DNA of 64,000 nucleotides from an uncultured Chloroflexia bacterium. GTDB lineage: Bacteria; Chloroflexota; UBA6077; JACCZL01. Every line of letters starts with the position of its first letter. The stretch's first letter is position 1. The notes under the pieces were generated by a model that had not been told where the DNA came from, searched no databases, and saw only the letters and a program-made list of their open reading frames with translations. The position numbers were made by a program, and so were the translations under genes. Below, piece after piece: positions 9,745 through 18,795 of this stretch. The stretch lies in NCBI GenBank assembly GCA_963765765.1, contig CAVXYC010000019.1:320001-384000 (forward strand). Reading direction: 5' to 3'.

Positions 9745-10648
9745 CTATTTGACGCCGCGATCAGCAACCAGGCTCCGCAATTGGGTGAAGACGGGTCCGA
9801 TTCGAGACGCGAGCGTGTCTGGCTGCCCATCGGAGTATTCGAGTGGCGTAATCCCTAGCAGATCTGTTGGCAAGGAGAGTAGCTCTCCCCGTGGTTGCAC
9901 GATAAAAGTATGGTCCTGACCAATGGCCCCCACAAAGAGTCCCAGCTCAAAGATGACATTGTCACGGGGCACATTTACGGTCTCGCCTCGTCGCTTCAGA
10001 ATGTCGTCAGGTCCGACAATGAAGATGGCGAAGTCAGCATCCTTAGCAATTTTGATAAGACTGGGAAGGGTGTATTCCGACGCCTGGAAGACGCCATCCG
10101 TCCACAGCTGGGTGACGAAATCATCGTGAGACAAACCGAGCTGAATAGCTTGTGCAATGGTTAGGCGCTCGCTTGCGCTTCCGATGAAGATACGAGGTTT
10201 TTCGTTTGGGACGTGGATGAAGCGCCCACGTTGACGAAGTCGCGCCGAAAGTTCAACGGCTAACCGTCGCCAGACGGTTGGGTACTGCGTTGCGACCTCG
10301 GAGAGCTGAGGTTCAGTCAGTTTCGCGACGACCGTTGTCTCTAGAGTCTTAACCGTAGCGCTAGCAGCCCCCGTGGATCGATTGCCGCCATTTCTCCGAC
10401 AGGGTGCCTGCGGGTCGGATGGCTACTGGAAGCCGTGGATCTCGACTCCGACGCTGCCCGCCAGGATGAGATAGACGTCAGTTTCTGAGCTGTCCTGCTG
10501 TATGAGGGTGGTATCGGTCGGGAATTCGAGCAACTCACAAACGTCCCGACCCCTTTTGTAGCGGGCATGCTCCAAGTAGTGCTGTTTGGGAAACTAGTGC
10601 CTCAATGAGGCGGTCACGGGCTGCGGGGCCCTGGAATCGATCAATCAT
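9745..10648 (-). CDS. pycTIR: Pycsar effector PycTIR (cyclic-nucleotide-binding domain + TIR-like NADase), several frameshifts in the N-terminal half
   Basis: Reconstructed MIDRFQG...LIQQDSSETDVYLILAGSV...VGEMAAIDP...SATV (cNMP-binding) then NEKPRIFIGSASE...DFAIFIVGPDD...PRDNVIFELGLFVG...LPTDLLGIT (CAP12/Pycsar TIR). Confidence 0.88.
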
Positions 10649-10839
10649 GATCGGGTGGTGAGATCATTTCCAGAGGCAGTATACCGCTCGTGAATGTACT
10701 GTATGGCAATCGTTATTGCCTTATGCACAAGAATCAATGATGAGGTGAACCATCCAATTAGGTGCACTATACTCAATGATAGAAGCACTAAATGCCAATT
10801 ATTGAAGGAGTCAATCCTGTAACAAACAAACACTTGAAG

Positions 10840-11135
10840 ATGTCAGTTACTCAAGGAGCGCAAGGAGCTCAGGCTATTCCAGGACCTGGAGTCCCCAATG
10901 GAGGGACGATAGGTCAAGTCTTAAACAAAGCCTCCAATACAGATCTCGATACCGAGTAGGGCACATTCACCGTAGCACTGGAAAACATCCCTACAGGCAC
11001 CCCAGCTATCAACATCGGGACAGGGTCAGTTAACGACACGGGATTTGGGTTCCTGGATGGGGTTATCTTAGGTATCCAAGCCCACCTCGATGCCAAGGCC
11101 TCATCCTCCCACACCCAGGCTCACAGCTCTCTTAC
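10840..11135 (+). pseudogene. Decayed phage tail-fibre/collagen-like gene fragment
   Basis: QGAQGAQAIPGPGVPNGGTIGQVLNKASNTDLDTE*...FGFLDGVILGIQAHLDAKASSSHT; in-frame TAG at 10957-10959 where a Trp usually occurs. Confidence 0.6.
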
Positions 11136-11139
11136 CCTT

Positions 11140-11600
11140 CCCTCAGGGACAGCACCTGCAGGGACAGCACCTGCGCAACCAGGTGTTGCGCCCTCGGCCT
11201 GTACAGGCCGAGGCGATTTCCGTGGAGCCACCGCATCCAATGGGGGAGACGGCAGTGGTCCCCGATACGCCGCCTCCGACGAACTTCAGTGGGTTGATTG
11301 ACTCAGCCGTGGAGTCACCCGCGGAGCGGCTGATCGCGCAGCCAGCGGCTCAGGTGGGACCGCAGACCATACACTCGACTTCCCGAACATGCCTGGTTAC
11401 CAGAAGGCGGCGGCAATTGAACGGACCGCTCGTCAGCTCTCCGACGTGAGTAATGTGGACGTCCAGGAGTTCGAGCGAGGCCGACTCGTTCTCGAAGTTC
11501 AGATGGGTGATCCCAGCATGGCTGATCAGATGATTTCGCGCCGGCCGCGATGAACGTGGCCGATCGCTCACCGAACGCCATCACGTTCCAGCTTTCCTAG
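11140..11600 (+). pseudogene. 3' portion of a Pro-rich hypothetical protein lacking its 5' end (frameshifted)
   Basis: Pro-rich segment, then TLDFPNMPGYQKAAAIERTARQLSDVSNVDVQEFERGRLVLEVQM, ending TAG at 11600 and followed by a terminator; no clear start. Confidence 0.45.
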
Positions 11601-11614
11601 TCCCGCACAACGCT

Positions 11615-11661
11615 AATGAGCACGACCCGTAGGGTTAGTTCCCGCCGGTCGTGCTCATTTT
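11615..11661 (+). terminator. Rho-independent terminator
   Basis: aatgagcacgacc...ggtcgtgctcatt stem followed by T residues. Confidence 0.65.
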
Positions 11662-11741
11662 GGCGTACTACGTGCTAGTGTATCTCTAGAGCGGATGCTC
11701 GGGTGCCGATCACCCACACCAGGCATAGGGATGGAAGCGCT

Positions 11742-12131
11742 ATGAGTGAAGCTGAGTCTCGAAGTAAGCCTCGTGTTCTCGTTGTGGAGGATGACCTCGA
11801 TACTCGAGATCTGTTAACCCTTATCCTCGAGGATGAGGGTTATGCGGTGAATGCACTGGGTGACGGACGAAAGGTGGTCGAGCACGTCCGTCAAAATCGG
11901 CCGGACGTCATCACGTTGGATATAGGGCTGCCTGGAATGAGTGGCTCGGCCGTCCTGGACGACCTCGAGCGAGACCCTGTGACGGCGGGCATTCCGGTGA
12001 TCGTTATCTCTGGCCATACCCGCAAGCTAGGCGAGCCTGATCGAGAGCACGCGACGCGCGTGATCGCCAAGCCATTTTACATAACGCAAGTCGTGGACGA
12101 GATCGAGCGAGTCTTAGCGCGAGCGGACTAA
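11742..12131 (+). CDS. Single-domain response regulator
   Basis: VLVVEDD, PDVITLDIGLPGMSG, VIVISG, IAKPF. Confidence 0.9.
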   Translation: MSEAESRSKPRVLVVEDDLDTRDLLTLILEDEGYAVNALGDGRKVVEHVRQNRPDVITLDIGLPGMSGSAVLDDLERDPVTAGIPVIVISGHTRKLGEPDREHATRVIAKPFYITQVVDEIERVLARAD

Positions 12132-12139
12132 AGAGACTT

Positions 12140-12210
12140 CGGTGGGACAGGCATCTTGCCTGTCCAGTTCGACGCGTTCGGTGACGGAAGGCGAGACGCC
12201 TGTCCCACCG
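12140..12210. repeat. GTGG-type REP pair
   Basis: cggtgggacaggcatcttgcctgtc ... ggcgagacgcctgtcccaccg inverted arms between convergent genes. Confidence 0.75.
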
Positions 12211-12215
12211 TACAT

Positions 12216-13421
12216 CTAGATCACGTGTTCATCGCGAAGGTTCCTGATCTCGGCATCATCCATCCCGAGCTCGCTCCGAAGAATCTCCTCCGTATGCTCG
12301 CCAAGTAATGGAGGGGCGGTGCGACCGGTTGCGGGGGTTCTGTCCAATTTGTACGGCACCCCAGGAACTTCCAGGTCGCCGATAGTCGGATGGGGTAAGT
12401 GCATGCGCATCTGGCGGTGCAATACTTGAGGGTGGTTGAAGACCTGGTCCACACCAAGGATGGGCGCTGCCATAACCCCGGCAGCCAGTAGCCGCTGAAC
12501 CCAATCTTCGGAATCACGCGTCAAGAATGCCATCTGCAGGGCGGGGATCAGGTCGGTACGATTGACGACTCGGTCAGGATTCGTGCGGAATCGTGGGTCA
12601 AACGCGAGTTCTGGTAGACCAAGAACGGCACATAGATCAGCGAACTGACGATCATTGCCCGCGCCCGCAATGACGGCGCCGTCTCGAGTCGTGAAAAGCT
12701 GGTATGGCACCAGGTTGGGATGCGCATTCCCAAATCGCTCGGGCGGCTCCCCAGTCATCATGTATCCCGTGCCCACGTTGATCAAGAGGGCCACGATCGA
12801 TTCAAAGAGCGAGCACTCGACATGCTGGCCCTGGCCCGTGCGATCTCGATGGTGCAATGCTCCGAGCACCGCGGAACAGGCAAACATTCCGGTGGTGAGA
12901 TCGGCGAGCGGGAGTCCGGCCTTGAGCGGCTCACCATGGGGCGTGCCGGTGAGGCTCATGAGTCCACCCATCGCCTGCGCGGCGATGTCATATCCTGGCC
13001 TGTCGGAGTACGGGCCGTCAGCACCGAAACCGCTGATGGAGCAGAAGATCAACTCCGGCTGCCACTCGCGCACGGCGTTGTACCCGAACCCCAGCCGATC
13101 CAAAGTCCCTTGCTTAAAATTTTCGATGAGAATGTCGGTTTTGCCGATCAGGCTTCGTAGGATGGCTTGACCACGTGGCTCCTTGAGGTTGAGCGTGATG
13201 CTGCGCTTATTGCGATTGACCGAAAGGTAATAGGCGCTTTCACCACCTGCGAACGGCGGGCCCCATCTGCGGGTGTCATCCCCCGTCCCTGGCTGCTCGA
13301 CCTTGATCACGTCGGCGCCCATATCGCCCAGCATCATCGCGCAGTAAGGGCCGGCCAGAACGCGCGAGAGATCGAGAACGCGGATATTTCGGAGCGGTCC
13401 TTTGGCGTGCGGGTTTTCCAT
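12216..13421 (-). CDS. CaiB/BaiF class III CoA-transferase
   Basis: [59 protein letters not shown]. Confidence 0.95.
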   Translation of the reverse strand: MENPHAKGPLRNIRVLDLSRVLAGPYCAMMLGDMGADVIKVEQPGTGDDTRRWGPPFAGGESAYYLSVNRNKRSITLNLKEPRGQAILRSLIGKTDILIENFKQGTLDRLGFGYNAVREWQPELIFCSISGFGADGPYSDRPGYDIAAQAMGGLMSLTGTPHGEPLKAGLPLADLTTGMFACSAVLGALHHRDRTGQGQHVECSLFESIVALLINVGTGYMMTGEPPERFGNAHPNLVPYQLFTTRDGAVIAGAGNDRQFADLCAVLGLPELAFDPRFRTNPDRVVNRTDLIPALQMAFLTRDSEDWVQRLLAAGVMAAPILGVDQVFNHPQVLHRQMRMHLPHPTIGDLEVPGVPYKLDRTPATGRTAPPLLGEHTEEILRSELGMDDAEIRNLRDEHVI

Positions 13422-13616
13422 GGCGGTCGGATTCTATGCCATGGTGGCACATGCATGGGCTTGGGCCCGCCGACATCCTGTCGGCCCGGCCCCCGAGGGC
13501 CGCCGGAGAGCACCCGAATATCGGTGGCTGATGATATCGCGGGAGACGCCTTGATCGACCGGGCCCACAGGATATCGGTGGTCGCATGCTGGTACGCTCA
13601 ACCTGCTGGAGGGCAC

Positions 13617-13946
13617 ATGCGGCTGACACCCCGTGAGACCGACCGCTTGACGATGTTCACCCTTGCCGAGCTGGCGCGACGCCATCGCGCGCGGGGCATC
13701 AAGCTCAATCATCCCGAGAGCATCGCCTTGATTTGTGATGAGATGCTGGAAGAAGCGCGCGCAGGCCGATCGTATAGCGAGGTATTAGCGCATGGACGCT
13801 CTGTTCTCCGTCGCGCTGACGTCATGGACGGTGTGCCTGAGATGATTCCTACGCTTCAAGTGGAAGCAATGTTCATTGATGGAACAAAGCTCTTAACGCT
13901 TCATCAGCCGATTGGCGATGCCCGAGCCGACAATGATTCCAGGTGA
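13617..13946 (+). CDS. ureA: Urease(-like) subunit gamma
   Basis: [11 protein letters not shown]...[14 protein letters not shown]...EARAG...[10 protein letters not shown]...[18 protein letters not shown]. Confidence 0.9.
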   Translation: MRLTPRETDRLTMFTLAELARRHRARGIKLNHPESIALICDEMLEEARAGRSYSEVLAHGRSVLRRADVMDGVPEMIPTLQVEAMFIDGTKLLTLHQPIGDARADNDSR

Positions 13947-14304
13947 GGTGATATTCGGTTCGAAGGCCATTGAGTGCAACTCCGGCCTGAAACCATCGAG
14001 CTCGAGGCGACCAACCAGCTCGCGGTGGCCTATCCAGGTGTGCTCCGCATTACCACTTCTTCGAGGTGAATAGGCGGTTGCTGTTCGATCGCGCGAAGAC
14101 TTTCGGTTTGCGCGCTGGACGTGGTCGCAGGCGGCGGGGTGCGGTCGGAAGGCCGGGGAGACGAAGAGGGTACGACTCGTGCCGCTCCGCGGAGCTCGCG
14201 AAGCATGGGGGTTTAACGGTCTTGCATCTGGTCCCACGACCGCAGAGCGCCTTCCCGAGGCGCTCGATCGTGCCCGCGAGCGGGGCTTCTTGAGCGAGCT
14301 CTGA
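13933..14304 (+). CDS. ureB: Urease(-like) subunit beta, multiple frameshifts
   Basis: MIPGEV...PIQV...[19 protein letters not shown]...GETKRVRLV...GFNGL across frames. Confidence 0.8.
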
Positions 14305-14305
14305 C

Positions 14306-15994
14306 ATGCCATTCGAGATGGATCGGGGACTCTACCAGGGGTTGTATGGACCAACCGCCGGAGATCGCATTCGGCTGGCCGATACGAACTTGATGATCGA
14401 GATCGAGCGCGATGACGCCTCGTATGGCGACGAAGTCCTCGCCGGGTTCGGCAAGACGCAGCGAGATGGCATGCTAGCTACAAGTCGTGGCGGTCACGAT
14501 AGCGAGCTGGATCTGCTCATCAGCAACGTCGTGGTGCTCGATCCCGTGCTCGGGGTGCGGAAGACATCTATCGGGATCAAGGACGGACGGATCGTAGGAC
14601 TGGGGCGGGCGGGGAATCCGGACAACGTCGACGCAATCGATCTGATTGTCGGCTCGAACACCGGGCTCATTACGGCGGAAGGGCTCATTGCTACGGCTGG
14701 GACTGTGGACAGTCACGTGCATGTGGCCAGCACCAGTTTGATCGATGCCGCGCTTTCCGCAGGCACAACCACCCTCGTGGGCATGGGTTACGGGGGTGTG
14801 TGGGACCAGGGAGTCATGCCAGAACGAAATCTGGCCATGCTCCTGGCAGCATTCGAAAGTATTCCCATCAATGTCGCGCTCCTCGCGCGCGGCAGTAGCG
14901 TGGATCCTGGTGCCCTGGAACGAAATGTCCTCTCGGGCTGTGCTGGGTTCAAGATCCATGAGGATGTGGCCGGCTTCCCGGACGTTATCGACAATGCGCT
15001 CACGATTGCGGATCGATTCGATATCCCCGTGGCGCTGCACACCGACGGTCTGAACGAGTCGGGTGAGCTGTCTGACACGCTGGCGGCGATCAACGGACGC
15101 GCGGTGCATGCGTATCACGTGGAGGGCGCGGGCGGGGGACATCCGAATTTGCTGGAGATCGTGGGGGAGCCGCACATCCTGCCCTCTTCAACGACCCCGA
15201 CCGTGCCCTACACCGTGAGCACGGTCGCTGAGCACTTCGACATGATCATGACGGTGCATCGCCTGAGCAGGCTGCTCGACGAGGACGTTGCCGCTGTCCA
15301 GGCGCGCGTGCGGAGCGGAACCATCGCCGCGGAGAGCTTGCTGCACGATCTCGGCGCGATCAGCATCATGTCATCGGACTCACAAGGCATGGGACGCATC
15401 GGTGAGGTGGTGACGCGCACCTGGCAGACGGCGCATCGGATGAAGGAGCTGCGCGGTGGCGATGGCGAGCACGATAACGCGCGGGTGCTGCGCTATCTGG
15501 CGAAGTACACGCTCAATCCCGCCCGCGTACATGGGCTGGAGCGGCATGTCGGCTCGCTGGAGTCCGGGAAACTTGCGGACATCGTCCTGTGGCACCCAGC
15601 CTTCTTCGGCGTCAAGCCTCAGCTCGTGCTGAAGAGCGGCTTCGTTGCCTGGGGCTTCGTGGGTGATGGCAACGCGGCGATTCGCGTTGCCGAGCCGCTG
15701 ATCTATCGCCCGATGTTCGGCGCGCTCGGCCGAGCACCTGCCGAGCTCAGTGTGGCGTTCACCTCGCAGGCAGCGCTGGATTCGGGTTTACGCCGACGCC
15801 TGAACCTGACCAGGCAACTCGTCCCGTTGGGGCCGACCCGCGGCATTCGTAAATCGGACCTTGTGTTCAATGATGCGCTGCCGAACGTCGAAGTCGACCC
15901 GCGGTCGCCGCATCAGGTGACTGTCGATGGCGCGCTTGTGGATGTGCCGCCGGCCTCCGAGCTGCCAATGACGCAGAGGTATTTTGCTCTCTAA
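14306..15994 (+). CDS. ureC: Urease-like alpha subunit (divergent dinuclear amidohydrolase)
   Basis: YGPTAGDRIRLADT, DSHVH, KIHED, HTDGLNE, HVEGAGGGH, SSDSQGMGR, LPMTQRYF. Confidence 0.85.
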   Translation: MPFEMDRGLYQGLYGPTAGDRIRLADTNLMIEIERDDASYGDEVLAGFGKTQRDGMLATSRGGHDSELDLLISNVVVLDPVLGVRKTSIGIKDGRIVGLGRAGNPDNVDAIDLIVGSNTGLITAEGLIATAGTVDSHVHVASTSLIDAALSAGTTTLVGMGYGGVWDQGVMPERNLAMLLAAFESIPINVALLARGSSVDPGALERNVLSGCAGFKIHEDVAGFPDVIDNALTIADRFDIPVALHTDGLNESGELSDTLAAINGRAVHAYHVEGAGGGHPNLLEIVGEPHILPSSTTPTVPYTVSTVAEHFDMIMTVHRLSRLLDEDVAAVQARVRSGTIAAESLLHDLGAISIMSSDSQGMGRIGEVVTRTWQTAHRMKELRGGDGEHDNARVLRYLAKYTLNPARVHGLERHVGSLESGKLADIVLWHPAFFGVKPQLVLKSGFVAWGFVGDGNAAIRVAEPLIYRPMFGALGRAPAELSVAFTSQAALDSGLRRRLNLTRQLVPLGPTRGIRKSDLVFNDALPNVEVDPRSPHQVTVDGALVDVPPASELPMTQRYFAL

Positions 15995-16151
15995 GCGGGA
16001 ATTTCGCTTGAGCGGTCGGGCTGCGACTTCAAGGCTCGTAGTGGGTGCTATAGGATATGGCCTCCGGGTGACGCGCACCACCGCGCCGGAGACCACCGCG
16101 CTACGGAGGCCGTCTCACATGCGATCTCGGCCGGGTGCTGGCCATACCGTG

Positions 16152-16586
16152 TTACTCGGGCAGGTCGATGCTGCCGTCGTCGCGTAATGGAAAGCCAGGA
16201 TTCCAGGCGACCTCCCACAACACGCCCTCAGGGTCGGCGAAGTAGCCGGCATAGCCACCCCAATCCTTCGTAACGCCGGGGCGGACGATCCTTCCCCCAG
16301 CGTTCTGGGCCGCAAGCAGCACCTCGTCCACTTCGTCGCGCGTCCGGACGTTGTGGGCGAGAGAGAAACCTGAAAAGCCGGTCCCCTCGGACGGGATTCC
16401 GACGTCTTTGGCCAGCTCCTCGCGCAACCAGAGAGCGACGATACAGCCGTCGGTATGGAAAAACGCGACTTCTCCCGTTTCTTCGCCAACGGATGAGCGC
16501 TTCCAGCCCATTCCGTCTCGGTAAAACCGAACAGCCCGATCGAGATCACGGACTCCGAGCGTGATGAGAGTTACACGTGGCTCCAT
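16152..16586 (-). CDS. VOC/glyoxalase family protein
   Basis: ITLGVRDLDRAVRFY...WGGYAGYFADPEGVLWEVAWNP. Confidence 0.92.
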   Translation of the reverse strand: MEPRVTLITLGVRDLDRAVRFYRDGMGWKRSSVGEETGEVAFFHTDGCIVALWLREELAKDVGIPSEGTGFSGFSLAHNVRTRDEVDEVLLAAQNAGGRIVRPGVTKDWGGYAGYFADPEGVLWEVAWNPGFPLRDDGSIDLPE

Positions 16587-16694
16587 TGCAGCTCCAATTC
16601 TGGGTTACACAAGGAAGGGCCGTGGGCATTCCACTGGATCAGTCACGATCCGGCGGGACGCTCACGGCCCCAACTCAGTGCTAAATGACCTTAT

Positions 16695-17855
16695 TTAGCT
16701 CATCTTGCCTCGTTCGCCGAGATCGCCGGGGCCCTCGTCAGAGGTGCACCACGGTACGAGGCCCTTCATGGTGCACTTTGCGCCATGGGCCGCTAGCTCT
16801 GACTCGAACATCTCGTGAATGCGGCGCTCCTCGTCGGTGTACTCGATCTGGTTGCCGCCTTCCTTCACGCTCACATCGCCCTTATCCCCCTGCCACGCTG
16901 CCATAGGCTGATAGCGCCGACCGCCGAACTTCAGCGCCAGGTACGCAGCCGGCTCGTTGCCGGTGTTGAAGTGCTGATGGAAGCAGTTGTTGGGTGGAAC
17001 GATGACGCTGTTGCGCTTCCAATCGCACTTTATCTGCTCATCGCCCTCGTTGAACCAGAGCGTGGAGTAGCCCGTTCCGTACAGGATGATGACGTGCGCG
17101 CCCGGGCCATGGCGATGACCCTTCTTGTACGTCCCCACGGGGAATTCAGAGATGTGCGGGGCGGAGGTGTTGTTGGAGAGCTCGATCATGACGTTTCGGC
17201 CATTGGCGCCGCGCTCTTTCCAGGAGTGCAGGTCAATGGTGCGCACGTCGGGGATGAAGTTGGTGTCCCAGACCTTGTTTCGCGCGCGACGGAACAACTT
17301 GCCATCGCCGTTGAAGAACCCGAACTCGCCGGTGAAGCGATCCTTGAACTGGAATGGGTTCCTGAAGACGAAGTCGTCATTGTGGAACAGGCTCATGATC
17401 GTCGGCGCTGTGGTCACCGAGATGAGCCGCGCGGGACGCAGGCCGCTGCCGTTGAAGAACTGATAGGACGCATTGAGCGGAATGGCGAAGAGTGCGCCGG
17501 TGCCCCACTCAAACGTTTGTTTCTCATTCTCGTTGTACCAGACCGAGGTGGACCCCGAACCCGCCACGACGTACACGAGTGCCTCGTACATATGGCTGAC
17601 AGGGTTGGTAGACGCCCCTGCTGGCAGCTCAATCACGTGCAGGTCATTAACGCCGCCGCATCCTTCGAGGTTTACGAAGGAGCCCAGCACGCCATAGCGA
17701 GCCCAGGGCTTGACATCAACGGTGCCCAGGTCTTCAACGTAGTAGCCGCCGACGCTCGGAATTCCCTCGCCCGCTTGCCAGGCCTGATACGGCTGAACAA
17801 TCTTGAGCTCTTCCAGCTCCTCGTTGGTGGTGTTCGCTTTGATCTCAGTTGCCAT
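16695..17855 (-). CDS. Bicupin protein (gentisate 1,2-dioxygenase-like fold)
   Basis: Two cupin repeats: SHMYEALVYVVAGSG and YKKGHRHGPGAHVIILYGTG...PPNNCFHQHFNTG; RBS ggagg before ATG 17855. Confidence 0.8.
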   Translation of the reverse strand: MATEIKANTTNEELEELKIVQPYQAWQAGEGIPSVGGYYVEDLGTVDVKPWARYGVLGSFVNLEGCGGVNDLHVIELPAGASTNPVSHMYEALVYVVAGSGSTSVWYNENEKQTFEWGTGALFAIPLNASYQFFNGSGLRPARLISVTTAPTIMSLFHNDDFVFRNPFQFKDRFTGEFGFFNGDGKLFRRARNKVWDTNFIPDVRTIDLHSWKERGANGRNVMIELSNNTSAPHISEFPVGTYKKGHRHGPGAHVIILYGTGYSTLWFNEGDEQIKCDWKRNSVIVPPNNCFHQHFNTGNEPAAYLALKFGGRRYQPMAAWQGDKGDVSVKEGGNQIEYTDEERRIHEMFESELAAHGAKCTMKGLVPWCTSDEGPGDLGERGKMS

Positions 17856-18045
17856 AAAACGCGTCCTCCTGTGGTCGCTCATCATCGAGATGCTGAGTGC
17901 CGCGCTGGTAATGCACTCGATAGTACCATTGCCCGGCAATTTCTCGTGAGGAGCGTCGGATACATGCCAGACAAGTCGCTCTGGACGCAAATCCCTGGTT
18001 GCAGTAGCTTGGAATGTGACATCGAACACGGAGGAGAGCCACCTC

Positions 18046-18730
18046 ATGCCAAAGCCAGGCAATCGCGTCCGCCTCACCATTCAGCGGCCGTCGGGGCACC
18101 TCCTGGACCAGTTCCGGTATTCATCGCCGCCCGGCGTTGGCGGATGCCATGTATCGCACTGGTTGTATGCGTGATATCAAAACAATTTACACACCGGTGA
18201 AGCGAGTTGTAGGGAGCGCTATCACGGTCAAGGCGCCTACCGGGGATTCGCTGATGGTGCGCAAGGCGCTCGAGATCGCCCACCGCGGAGACGTCATCGT
18301 GGTAGACGCTCGTGGGGACACCACGCGCGCTCTGTGGGGCGGCAATCGCAACCGGCTCGCGGCAAGCAAAGGCGTACTGGGGCTGGTTATTGATGGAGCT
18401 GTACGCGATGTCGAAGAGGCTCGATTGGCCGACTTTCCTATTTTCGCTCGAGGGATTCAGCCCATGGCCAGTGCCTCTATCGGCCCCGGTGAGGTGAATT
18501 TCCCAATCGCCTGCGGCGGGGTCGTCGTGAATCCGGGCGACATCATCGTGGCCGACGAGGAAGGTATTGCTGTGATCTCTCCAGCGGACGCCGATGTTGT
18601 ACTGGCACAAATTGAGAAAGTCACCGAACGTGACGAAGCGTGGGTCTCCGCGATCAACGAGGGAACTGGCTCACAGCTTGAAGAGGTGGATCGCCTGCTC
18701 GAGTATGCCGGGAGCGAGATCGTTTCGTAG
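18046..18730 (+). CDS. RraA-family / 4-hydroxy-4-methyl-2-oxoglutarate aldolase-like protein (5' frameshift)
   Basis: VGSAITV...GDVIVVD...ALWGG...GLVIDGAVRD...VNPGDIIVADEEGI. Confidence 0.85.
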
Positions 18731-18761
18731 GTTTTCCTGTAACTCAGTCCAACGGCATGGA

Positions 18762-18783
18762 GTGGCGCTCCTAGCGCCACTAC
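18762..18783 (-). repeat. Single GTAG-REP-like hairpin
   Basis: Reverse strand reads GTAG-TGGCGC-TAGGA-GCGCCAC between convergent genes. Confidence 0.5.
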
Positions 18784-18795
18784 ATGCCTTGGAAG

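Noticed and set aside
9041-10648. CBASS or Thoeris assignment for the TIR gene
   Set aside because: The partner is a class III cyclase, not a CD-NTase or ThsA, and the TIR is fused to a cNMP-binding domain
13933-14304. Programmed frameshifting in ureB or the Pycsar genes
   Set aside because: Multiple scattered shifts without slippery sites; the same pattern occurs throughout the window
16815-18200. 461-aa plus-strand ORF antisense to the bicupin
   Set aside because: Shadow ORF typical of high-GC codon bias; no recognisable motifs
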